DNA from: Mobula hypostoma
Taxonomy: Eukaryota
Assembly (NCBI RefSeq): GCF_963921235.1
Contig: NC_086109.1
Location: forward strand, 12,090,001 to 12,154,000
DNA length: 64,000 nucleotides
Direction: 5' to 3'
Position numbers and translations under genes: made by a program. The notes beneath the pieces are model-generated. The model saw nothing but the letters and a program-made list of their open reading frames with translations. It had not been told where the DNA came from and made no database searches. How positions within the stretch are numbered: the first letter of the stretch is position 1; every line of letters begins with the position of its first letter. Below, one piece after another: positions 38,841 to 50,000 of the stretch.

Positions 38841-40544
38841 AGAGGTTTACAAATTAAGAGGGGCAAAGGTATGGTGGATAATCACAGTCTTTATCCCAGG
38901 GTAGGGGAGTTGGAAACCAGATAGCATCCGGTTAAGGTGAGAAGGGAGATTCTTGGAGGGGCAGTGTTTTCCACACAGAGCAGTGCAGTGTGTATGTGGA
39001 AAAGGCTGCCAGAGGAAGAGCTAGAGGTGGGTACACATACAATATTTCAAACAGATTAGGACAAGTTCATGGACAGGAAAGCTCTAGAAGGATACCAGCC
39101 AATTGTGAGGAAATGGGAGAAGCTCAGGAAGACACTGTGGTCAGCATGGACGATTTCAGCTGAAGCACCTGTTTCCATAGCCTATATCTCTATGACTCTG
39201 CTGCATCCTCTCTAAACTGTAACATACTTTTGAAAGGTTAAAATCAGAATTCTATTTCATTGCATTGGTGTGACAGCTTATTGGATCACAGCCAATCATA
39301 TTACAGTTCAATTTCAAAATTCAGAGTATATTTAATGCCCAAGTATGAATACTATATACAGCCTTCAGATTTTCTCTTTATAAGCAGCCACCAAACAAAA
39401 AAAACTATAGAATCCATTAAAAAACACTGTCAAATGCACAATGTGTAGTAAAAAAAATAAATCATGCAAAGAATAAAAGTAAGTAAATAAATTCAGAACT
39501 GAAATTCACAAATGTAAGTCCATAGCCATAAAGCCAATCATAACTGCAGCCAGTTAAGGAGCCATTAATTACAGGCCACCGGCTCAGTTCAGCACAGAGA
39601 CAGGTAAACCTCGTGGAGCAGTAAGCTGAAGACTTGCCCATCCTTTGCATAGGACTGACATTCCTATACAGTTTTACATGGGTTTTGAAAGCTTATTATC
39701 CTGTTCACAGCCATGAAATGTGGCAGACTTGCTCATATCTGTGCATAGACTCAAATAGAAGGTATGGGTTCCCTTCCCGTATCTCGAAGTGAGCGAGGTA
39801 TTTTAATCAGCAACCTGAAACTCAGTTTAAGTAGTCAGTGATTTACTTGGACTGTTCATGAAATTCTAAAGATAGTGATGACCATAAGACAATGGGACCA
39901 TAAGACACAGGAACAGAATTAAACCATTTTGCTCATAGAGTCTGTCCCACCATTCCATCATGGTTGAGTTATTATCCCACTCAATCCCATTCTCCTGATT
40001 TCTCCCCGTAATCTTTGATGCCATTACTAAGCACAAAAATATCGTGCTCCATTTTCAATAAACCCAATTGGTCAGCCTCAAAAACCGTCTGTGGTAATTA
40101 ATTCCACAGATTCAACACCCTCTGGCTAAATAAACTCCTCCTCATCTCCATTCTAATGAATGGAGTCAATACGTTGTACATGTGGAATGCGTGGTGTTTC
40201 TCCTGGGTGGTGCCGTTTCCTCCCACAGGCCACAGACAGAATGGAAAGATTAATTGGTCTTTGTTGATTGTCCTGTGATTAGGATGTAGTTAATCAGGTT
40301 TGTCGAGGGTCGCTGTGCCTGTGTGGCTTGAAGGGCCGGAAGGACCTACTCTGTACTCTATCAGTAAATAAATAAAAGAAAGGAACATCCTTGCTTTCTG
40401 AGGTTGGTTTTTCAGACAAGATTTCCCGATATGGAAAACATATTTTATCAAATCCCTCCAAGTACCCCAAAACCTTGTTCTTAATAATGGACTTGGAGGG
40501 TGGAGCAAAGTCAAGATGGTGCAAAACAGCAACTGCTTTGAAAC

Positions 40545-41095
40545 ATGGACACATAGAAAACCTACAGCACAATACAGGCCCTTCGGCCCACAATGCGATG
40601 CTGAACACGTACATATTTTAGAAGTTACCTTGGGTGACATGTACCTATCTAGGAGTCTCTTAAAAGACCCTATCCACCACTGTCGCTAGCAGCCCATTCC
40701 ACGCACTCACTACTCTCTGCGTAAAAGACTTACCCCTGACATCGCCTCTGTATCTACTTCCAAGAAACTTAAAACTGTGCCCTCTCGTGTTAGCCATTTC
40801 AGCCCTGGGCAAAAGCCTCTGACTATCCACATGATCAATGCCCCTCATCATCTTATACACCTCTATCAGGTCACCTCTTATCCTCCGTCGCTCCAAGGAG
40901 AAAAGACCGAGTTCACTCAACCTATTCTCATAAGGCATGCCTCCCAATCCAGGCAACATCCTTGTAAATCTCCTGTACACCCTTTCTATAGTTTCCACAT
41001 CCTTCCTACAGTGAGGTGACCAGAAACGAGCAGAGTAGTCCAAGTGGGGTCTGACCAGGGTCCTATGTAGCTGCAACATTACCACTTTGCTTGCA
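40545..41095 (-). mobile_element. CR1 LINE 3' fragment (paralog of 17835-18380)
   Basis: ORF 40660-41148 reads RTLVRPHLDYSARFWSP...RGDLIEVYK. Confidence 0.9.
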
Positions 41096-42390
41096 TCTTT
41101 GAGAATGGCTCTATTTCTGTTTTTGATATATGTTTTTTTCCTTATCAAAGTTCTTTGGAAAACTTTGACTCTGACTGGATATTTGCGGGAATGTAACCTG
41201 CTATCAGGGCTTCACCACCGGCCTTAATACCCCAAGGACGCGGCCTGGAAGACAAGCGTGCATTCAGGGTGCCGGAGTTTTGTTGCTCTGGGGACAGTCT
41301 GATTCTCGGCCGGTGCCCCTGACTAAGGCGTCACTGGAGAACATGGAACATGAAACATCGGGAGCAGTGGGTTAGCCGCCGGCTGGGTGTCCTGAGACCT
41401 GAGCCCTGGGGCCAAACCTCGGGGCATGGAGCTCGGAAAAAGCGATGCAACAGCCATTTAACATTATAAATCAATGAGTTGTATGTTTTATGCTCCCTCT
41501 CGCTGAGAAAAAGAGACACCTCTTTTTCTCTTATTAGGGAGAGAGAGTCCCTGTAGTATATTGAATAACTGGGTGAACGAGTAGTCTTTGAGGTACTGCA
41601 AGTCTATGTCTTTATTGATACTTTGCTGCACGCTTGAGTGCTCGGTGGAGGGTGCCAGTGCTTTTTTAGCTGGTGTGGTGAGGCGGGGGGGGGAGGGTCA
41701 TTGCCTTGCTGCTGCTTGTGTATGGGAGGGGGGAGCTGGGGGGGCTTTGGTGTTCTAATGTTTAACAGTCACTCATTCTTTGGGCCACCCCTCTGCTTTC
41801 ATGGATGTTCGCGAAGAAAAAGCTTGTTCTTAATAATGGACTCCAACATCTTCCCAACCACTGATGTCATGCTAACCGGTCTATAATTTCCTTTCTTTTG
41901 CCTCCCTTCCTGCTTAAAGTGTGGAGTGACACTTCTAAATTTCCAGTCCTTGGGAACATTCCAGAGTCTAGTTCTTATTGAAAGTTCACCACATATACCT
42001 CCACAAAGTCTTTCAGAATGGTGGGGTGCAGTCCATCTGGTCCTGGTGACAATCTACCTGCAGACCTGTCCTTCCTTTGGTTTTTATGAGTATCACTGTC
42101 TCACAACTCAACACCTATTCCAGCCTTTTCAAAGCAGAAGGCAGAAGTATGAATGGAATGCTTTCAACTGGATGTGCAAGTCCAACTATGTAAGAGGTGC
42201 TCCACATCTCCATGACGAAGTGACGGACCTAACTGTTCACTACACTTTATTTCTACCCCATGGTCTCTGCAATGTGTAGCTTTTACAAATGTAAAGAAAT
42301 TCCTTATCCTCACTAGAAGTATAAGAGTAGCAGTAACAGAGTAACAAAAAGAAATATTTAAATGTATCCTCCCTTGAAATTAGAACTTAC

Positions 42391-42711
42391 TGGTGCCATT
42401 GATTTCTGTCACATAACTGCAGATCTCTCCGTTGTTGAAGACTGTCACTTTAACTATTGCACTGGATCTTGCTCCAAGCCGATTCGAGGCACGGCAGTAA
42501 TATTGATGGTGCTGCTGGTTGAAGGATTGACAATGTAGAGCCAGTTCATTGGTATCTGAGTTCTTTGGATCACCATGTGAGGATTTTTCATACCATCGGT
42601 ACTGAATGGGAAGGGATCCCTGGAAAGACTCACAGGACACTGACACTGAGCCCCCGAGACGTGACACATATGCTGGTGACTGATACTGAATCACTGGAAC
42701 AGAAACATGTT
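42391..42711 (-). CDS. Ig C2-type domain exon (C2-3)
   Basis: Acceptor ttctttcccacag| and donor |gtaagt; 321 nt, phase 1-1, open. Translation HVSVPVIQY...VSCESFQGSLPIQYRWYE...YYCRASNRLG. Confidence 0.9.
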
Positions 42712-42769
42712 CTGTGGGAAAGAATTAAACATTCAGACACTGAATGAACATCTGAAAATCCAACAGTCT

Positions 42770-43320
42770 TCTGCCACTTTAGTAGATACACCTGTTCAGC
42801 TGCTTGTTAATGCACATACCTAATTAGTCAATCACATGGCAGCAACACAGTCCATAAATGCCTACAGACATGGTCAAGAGGTTTGGTTGTTGTTCAGGCC
42901 AAACATCAGAATGAGGAAGAAATGTGATCTAAGTGACTTTGACCATGAAATAATTGATGGGGCCACATGGGGTAGTTTGAGAATCTCAGAACATACTGAT
43001 CTCCTGGGATTTTCACATACATCTGTCTTGAGAGTTTACAGAGAATGGTGTGAACAACATAAAATAAAACATGCAGAGAGCAGCAATTCTATGAACAAAA
43101 ATGCCTTGTTAATGACAGAATGGCCTGACTGGTTCAAGCTGACAGAAAGGTGACAGGAATTCAAATAACCGGGTGTTATGACAGTGGTGTGCAGAAGAGC
43201 ATCTGAAAATACAACATATCGAACCTGGAAGTGGATGGGACACAGAAGCAGAAGACCAGGAACATTCAATCATTGGCCACTTTATTAGGTGTAGGAGGTA
43301 CCAAATAAAGTTGTTCCTGC
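42770..43320 (+). mobile_element. Tc1/mariner derivative (paralog of 21141-21695)
   Basis: MRKKCDLSDFDHEIIDGATWGSLRISEHTDLLGFSHTSVLRVYREW is a decayed Tc1 HTH region, with TIR-like GCCACTTTA motifs. Confidence 0.75.
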
Positions 43321-43731
43321 TTGTTTAAAGACAGTAATGTGAGATATCTGTCATGTGTTTGCTGTCTTTCTGGAGAAAATGATATTGTGACTGGATTTAG
43401 TGAGGGAAGCATGCGGCATTGATGTAAATGCAGAGATAGTGAGGGATGGACAGGGTGGGGACAAAGATCATGAGACATTTACTTTACTTGCAGATGTAAA
43501 TTAAATCTCCTATTGAAAACTGGTCTTATAATTCCACAGTAATGTGAGATATCTGTTTGGTGGCTTTCAGGAGATAATTAATTTGTGACTGGGTTAAGTG
43601 GCCTACCACACAGAAGGGAACATTTGGCACTGGTATGAATGCAGAGATAGTGAAGGATGGACAATGTCTGGGCAAAGATCAAGAGACACTTACTTTATAG
43701 AAGGCACAATGTTAATCACTGAGAAACCTAC

Positions 43732-44052
43732 CATCAGATACTTGTAGATGTACATTAAATCTCGGATCAGCAACTGCTGTTGTAATCGCACAGCTGTACC
43801 ATCCTGTATCCCTAGAGCGAAGATGCTCTATAGTAACAGTAAATATTCTCTGTTCCGGGTTATCTGTGATTGACACTCGTCCACTCCGTCCGTGTTGCCC
43901 ATTTGTTTCCACTAAAACTGAACAGCGACGAGTCCATCCATGACACCAATACTTTGTGTGTGAGCGGTACGTTGCTTCATAGTAACAATCGATTGTGATC
44001 GCTCTTCCCACAACTCCTCTTACATATTTCTCTGCCCACAATGCACCTGAAA
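43732..44052 (-). CDS. Ig V-set domain exon, CD300/pIgR-like, N-terminal (V3)
   Basis: Tandem acceptors at 44052 and 44046, donor |gtaggt; phase 1-1, open. Canonical ITIDCYY...KYWCHGWTRRC...FTVTIEHL...DTGWYSC. Confidence 0.93.
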
Positions 44053-45425
44053 CTGAGGAAGGCATTTTCAGATTTGAAGGGAACATCTCAATGCAAACAA
44101 ACATTTTTGAACATGACGGTGGAAACAAGTGCAGGTCATGCCCAGACTGTGGTCCATGACACCACAGCCAATGATTTTGGTCTGAGGTGCAGTCAGTGCT
44201 ATTACTGTGTCAGCTGTGTCAGTGCTCTCTCCCCTGTGTCAGTACATTGTGGGTTCACTTCCCACTCCAGAGTCCTGAGCAGAAACCCAGGGCTGACCTT
44301 CCAGTGCAGTATTGAGGGACAGCGCAGTGTTGAACTTTCAGTTACTTCAGAATATGTCAGCCTTTGAAATGTCGAATAAGATCCCAGCTGTTTCATTTGG
44401 GATGCGTCTGTGTCTCAGATTCCAGGGAACTCTAGGATTCAGATGGGGTTGATAGGATCTCTTGAGGCCAATGTCCTGACTTCCTCCCCACTTACAGACA
44501 AATTTATAAACTGCACAAAGAAACCCCTCATAATGTCCGAAGCTGTCCCTTCTAGTTCCAATGGAAATTTTGTATTTTGTACCTGTCAACTACTTGTATG
44601 TGCAGTTAGAAGGTGCTGCAACAGAGGTTGTTACTTTAGTATATAGAAATCTAGTTTGACTTTAAATTCTTTAAAAATGTATTGAGTGTTTAGATCCAAT
44701 CTATTAATTATTTCTGGAACTAAAAACCACATATTGATAATGATAATGATGACTTGCCAGATTGTCAGAATCCCATTTGGATTGGAAAGGCCTTTAAGGA
44801 GAGAAACCTTTCATCCCTGCCCACCTTGGTTTACCTTGGATTCCAGTTCCAGTAATGTTCTTTACTGATTGCCCCACTGAAATGGCCCAGGAAAGACAAT
44901 GATTTCAAGACAATAACGTCAATTGTCATAGTGATCCCTGCAGAGGAGGATCAGATTCCAGCAATGGAAGACCTGATGTTTCCACTTAACAGCCCCAAGG
45001 GGATTTCTCCATCTGGATGTATTCTTCCCTCACCTGCACTATTCCCCTTTTCTCCTGATCTGTTTCAACCTCTCACTCCCCCTCCAAACGTCACCCCTTT
45101 TCTTCCCCATTCCATTTGCATGTTGTGTTTCACCTCTCCTCAGTCCCGAACCACCTAATGGACCCAGTCTCACACCTCCTCCTGTCCTATTTACTTTATC
45201 TCATTCTCCACTCACACTTGATGCAGGGTCTCGATCCAAACTATTGACATTCCCCTCCCCTTGACAGGTGCTGCTTGACCAGTTGAATTCCTCCAGGAGT
45301 GTATTCCCAACTCCAGTTTCCGACATCTTTAGTGTCAACGGGTATTCAAGCATTGTTGTGGATACAGTGTACAACTCTCAAACCAACATTGATTTTGCAA
45401 ATGTCCAGAGCTGTCTGTCAATCAC

Positions 45426-45465
45426 AGGGGAGGAAATCAATCAAAACGAGCAAAGTCCACAGCAT
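45426..45465 (-). CDS. Candidate signal-peptide exon (MLWTLLVLIDFLP)
   Basis: acaaaATG has A at -3. Thirteen codons plus 1 nt end at |gtgatt, phase 1. Splicing to V3 gives MLWTLLVLIDFLPFSGALWA. The donor is weak and the h-region contains an Asp. Confidence 0.55.
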
Positions 45466-45509
45466 TTTGTTCACAGAGACCCAACCAGGAACTGTCTGTC
45501 CTCAAAAGA

Positions 45510-46540
45510 TGACCAGGCAGCATCTATGGAACAGAGAATAGTCGACGTTTTGGGCTCAGACCCTTCATCAGGACTGAAGAAAAAAGATGAGGAATCAGAG
45601 ATAAAAGTTGGGGTGAGGAGAGGAAGAAACACAAGGTGATAGGTGAAACTGGGGGAAGGGGGGGATGTGTGAAATAAAGAGCTGGGAAGTTGTTTCGTAA
45701 AACCTATGCAGGGCTGGAGAAGAGGGAATCTAATAGGAGACGATAGAAGGCCATGGAAGATAAAAATGGTGAAGAGCACCAGAGGGAGGTGATGGGCAGG
45801 TAAGGAGATAAGGTGAGAAGGGAAAGGGGAATTGGGAATGGTGAAAGGGGGCAGGGCAATACTGGAAGCTGGAGAAATCGATGTTCATGCTATCAGGTTG
45901 GAGGCCACACAGATTGATTATAAAAGTGTTGTTCCTCTCATCTAAGTGTAGCCTAATTACGACAGTGGGGGACACCATGGATTGACGTGTCAGAATGGGA
46001 ATGGGAATGGGAAGTGTAAGTAAAATGGGTGGCCACTGGGAGATCTCACTTTTTCTGGCAGATGGAGTATAGTTGCTCGGCGAGGTGGTGTCCTAATCTA
46101 CGTCAGGTCACACCAATATTCAGGAGGCTGCACCAGGATCACCAGATTCAGTTGATAGCCCCAACAGATTCACAGATAAAGTGTTGCCTTACCTGGAAGG
46201 GCTGTTTGGGGCCCTGAATGGTGGTGAAGGAGGAACTGCAGGGGTAGGTGAGGCATTTGTTCTTCTTGCAAGGATAAGTGCCAGGAGGGAGATCAGTGGA
46301 GAGGGATGGATGGACAAGGGAGTCACGTAGGGAGCGGTTGTTGTGGAAAGCAGAAAGTGGGGGAGAGGGAAAGAAGTGCTTGGTGGTGAGATCCCACTGG
46401 AGATGGTGGAAGTTACAGAGACCTCTGTGCTGGACATGGAAGCTACTGCGCGGTAAGCTTTGAGTCTCTGCATCCAGCACATAATTCTTCATAACTTCTG
46501 CCATCTCCAATGGGATCCCACCACTGGGCACATATTGCCC
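45510..46540 (-). mobile_element. Penelope-like element 3' fragment (GIY-YIG region)
   Basis: FPSPPLSAF...SLRDSLVH...GTYPCKKNKC...QGPKQPFQVRQHF, with tail CCTGATGAAGGGTCTGAGCCCAAAACGTCGAC. Confidence 0.85.
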
Positions 46541-47027
46541 TCCCCATTTTCTGACAAAGTCCTATAGATGCACAGTGGAGAGTACGCTTATTGACTGCAT
46601 CATGGCATGGTATGAAAACATCGATCCCTTGAACAGAAAAACCACAAAAGATAGTGCGTACAGCCCTGTCCATCACTGGTAAACCCCTCTTCATTGCTGA
46701 GCACATTGCGGTACTAAAAACAGCATCCGTCATCCAGGCCATGCCCTCTTCTTGCTGTTGCCATCAGGAAGCTGGTACAGGAGCCTCATGTCCCACACCA
46801 CCAGGTTCAGGAACAGATTCTGAACCAGAGTTGATAATTTCACCTATCACTGAACTGATTTCACAACCTATGGACTCACTTTTAAGGACTCTACAACTCA
46901 TGTTCTCAAGTATTATTTAGTACTTACTTACTTGTTATTATTATTTTGTTTTTCTTTTGGTATCGGCACAATTCTTTGTCTTTTACACATTTGTGTTTTT
47001 TCTGTCTTTGTTCATGGGTACTTTTTC

Positions 47028-50000
47028 TTTTTTCTAAAACTTCACTTTTATTGTTTTGCCAATAACAGAACAAACAGGATAAGAACAAACAGACAGACAG
47101 GGTCATCATAGGTGAAGTAAAATCCATAACTTATAATAGAAAAAATGAACAGGGAAATGGGTTACATTGCCGTAACAAGATTAACTAAATATCCATAATT
47201 GTCCTTTAAAGTCTCAGGGGACCTTAAGATGCATGACTTTAAAGTCCATTCTGCAGGTTCTCTCATCGAAAGAAATAAAACAAAGTTCTTCAAACCAAAT
47301 AAATGTACAGTGACGAAGTTATTTCAGGTTCAAATAAAATGACCAATTTTCCCAGTATCCTTCAAAATTTTTAGTTTCATGTCTCAGAGAGAAAGTCAAT
47401 CGTTCCATGACATAAATTTCTTGAACTATTTCTATCCATTCCAGGACTGAAGGAAACTCTTTGTATAGACATTTCCTGGTCATCACTTTCTTAACAGGCT
47501 GCTGTAGTATTTGCAATAAATATCTTTCATGTTTTTTGAGCCCATTTGGTACATTACCCAAATAAATAACGTTAAAGACAAAATTAATCTCTGGGCTGAT
47601 TATTGACCTTATCTTTTTTTAACCATATCTAACCAATAAGACAAAATCTTTGGACACTCCCAGAAAATATGAAAATGATCAGCCTACAGATTATCACACA
47701 TTCTCCAACATTGACCTTGTTCAGGTCTGTTACATTGAACTTTATTTTTGGCGTTATGAAAAATCTTAAGGTATTCTTCCAGGTGAATTTCCTCCACAGA
47801 CCTGAAGCTTGAAGTAATTGAATGTGTTCTGCATATGTTTAACCCATCATCTTCTGTCAATTTTATGTTGGCTTCTTTCTCCCATTTTGATTTAACATAC
47901 ATTGTGGAGAGATTGTAAAATCGAGTAAATCCTGGTTATCAGTTTCTTTTTAATATTACCTTTATACACATCAATGAACATATTAACCAGACTTAACCCC
48001 TTCTCTCCAATAGTTTTAATATTTTTATTAAAATATTGTCTTAGCTGAAGATATCTAAAGAAGCCTTGTTTCTCTAAGTGATATGTTTCTGTGAGTTGTT
48101 GAAAGGACTCCAAACCCTTAATGGAGGATATTGTACAGAATAAGGCGATTCTCTTACTTGTCTAATGTGTAAATCTACCATCCAATTGTACTGGGATAAA
48201 TTCTGTGTCATGTGCCACTCAACATAGTATTCTTACATTTCTTTCAAATTTTGGGTCTTTAAATTCTTTATACCAGATGTTTAGAGGGACGGTTGTCCAC
48301 AGAGTCAGTTTATTGAAATGCTTCTTTTGGAGTGTTTTATCCCCCAGTAAAGATTGGAGAGGGATATTTATTAAACTTTGTTCTAAATCCTTCCACTTTG
48401 CCTCACAATGAGGGTCACACCAACAGACCAAACTGCGCAGCTGTGCTGCTCTATAATAATCTTCAAAGCAAGGCACAGCAAATCCACCTTTATCATCATG
48501 CAGCTGTAATGTCTGAAATCTAATTCTTGTTTTCTGTTTTCCTCAAATAAATGTTTGAATCATTCTTTTCCATTCATTAAATTACTTAAAAGGTACTTCA
48601 ACAGGTAATGATTGAAAAAGGAAGAGCAATCTAGGTAATACATTCATCTTTATGGCTTCTATTTGATTATTCATATTCATTGGCAGCAATGACCATCTAT
48701 TTAAGTCTGCCTTAATATCAGCTGTCATGGGAATATGATTATTTTTGTACATAGTAGATAAGTCTTCAGGTATTTGCACTCCTAGATATTTGATAATATT
48801 ACCTTTCCATTTGAATTTACTCATTCTGTAGATGTTTTCTTGTGGTTCATAATTAAAATTTAAAGTTTGGGTTTTATATAAATTTAAATTATAGCCAGAG
48901 CAGGAACTGAATTCTTTCAGCAGGGATATTAATTTAGGCAAACCTGCATTGGGGACTGGTAAGAGTCACGAGAATGTCATCCGCATGTGGACAAATCTTA
49001 TATTCCGTATCTCTGATCAGTACACCTGTTATAAACTTGACTTCTCTAATTGCCTGGGCCAATGGCTCGATAAAGAGAGTGAAAAGCCTGGGGCTTAGGG
49101 GGCACCCTTGTCGACATCCCCTTTCAAGAAATATTGTTTTAGATAAATTCCCATTTATTTTAATTCTGGCTGTAGGGGAAGAATATAAAGCTTTTAGACA
49201 TCCAACTACCTGATTATTAAAGCCAAACCACTTACGTACCAAGTAGAGATATTCCCATCGTACTGAGTCGAAGGCCTTTTCAGCATCAAGGCTAATTACT
49301 ACAGATTCCAGGTTATTTTTGCTTATATGGTCAATGAGATGAAGGGCCCGTCTCACATTGTCCTGGATTTGCCCACTTTTAACAAAACCTGTTTGATCTG
49401 TGTCAATTAGATCTGGAACTATATTTTCCAATCTTTTTACTAATATTGATGCAAATAATCTATAATCTATGTTTGGAACAGATATGGGCCTATAGGAACA
49501 GCATTCAGTCCGATCCTCATCACTTTTAGGAACTACTGAAATCATTGCTTGATTCCAGGACAACGGAGTCTCCCCTCCTCTGAAAACACAAGCAAAACAT
49601 TTCTTAGGTATTGGTATTATCCCTCTGAAAGTGCCATCAGCACCTGAGATTTTATTTGTTTTTAATTCTGATATAGCCTTACCTAGTTCTTCTTCTGTTA
49701 TCTCCTGAGTTATTAGTTTATTTTGCTGTACCTGCAGATGGTGAATCTAAGGACGTTAAGAAATTAGATATGTCTGCTAACTCTGCAGCTTTGGGTTCAG
49801 CGTATAACATTGTGCAGTACGTTTCGAAAGATTTTTGAATGTCTTCCAATTTGTGAAGCATCTTATTAGTCTGGGTGTCTTTCACCCAATGTACAGATCT
49901 CTCAGCCTGTTGTTTACGTATTCTCCATGCAAGTAATTTCTCAGATTTCGGACCATTCTCATAGAAATTTTGTTTAACGAACTTAGATCTCTTCTCAACT

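Larger units (their letters stand above)
21981..43601. repeat. Tandem segmental duplication, block B (V2 exon, intron, C2-3 exon)
   Basis: See block A. The junction is GGTTCAGTGG|GTACAAGATGAATGG at 21980/21981. Confidence 0.9.

Noticed and set aside
7855-43601. Duplication as an assembly artefact or collapsed haplotypes
   Set aside because: The copies differ by ~8%, carry different old TE insertions and meet at a non-homologous junction.
44496-44531. Alternative leader MRGFFVQFINLS with a strong GTAAGT donor
   Set aside because: It ends in phase 0, incompatible with the phase-1 V exon, and is poorly hydrophobic.
45268-45639. 123-aa plus-strand ORF
   Set aside because: It runs from one Penelope tail through the antisense of the leader region into another Penelope tail, with no recognisable domain.
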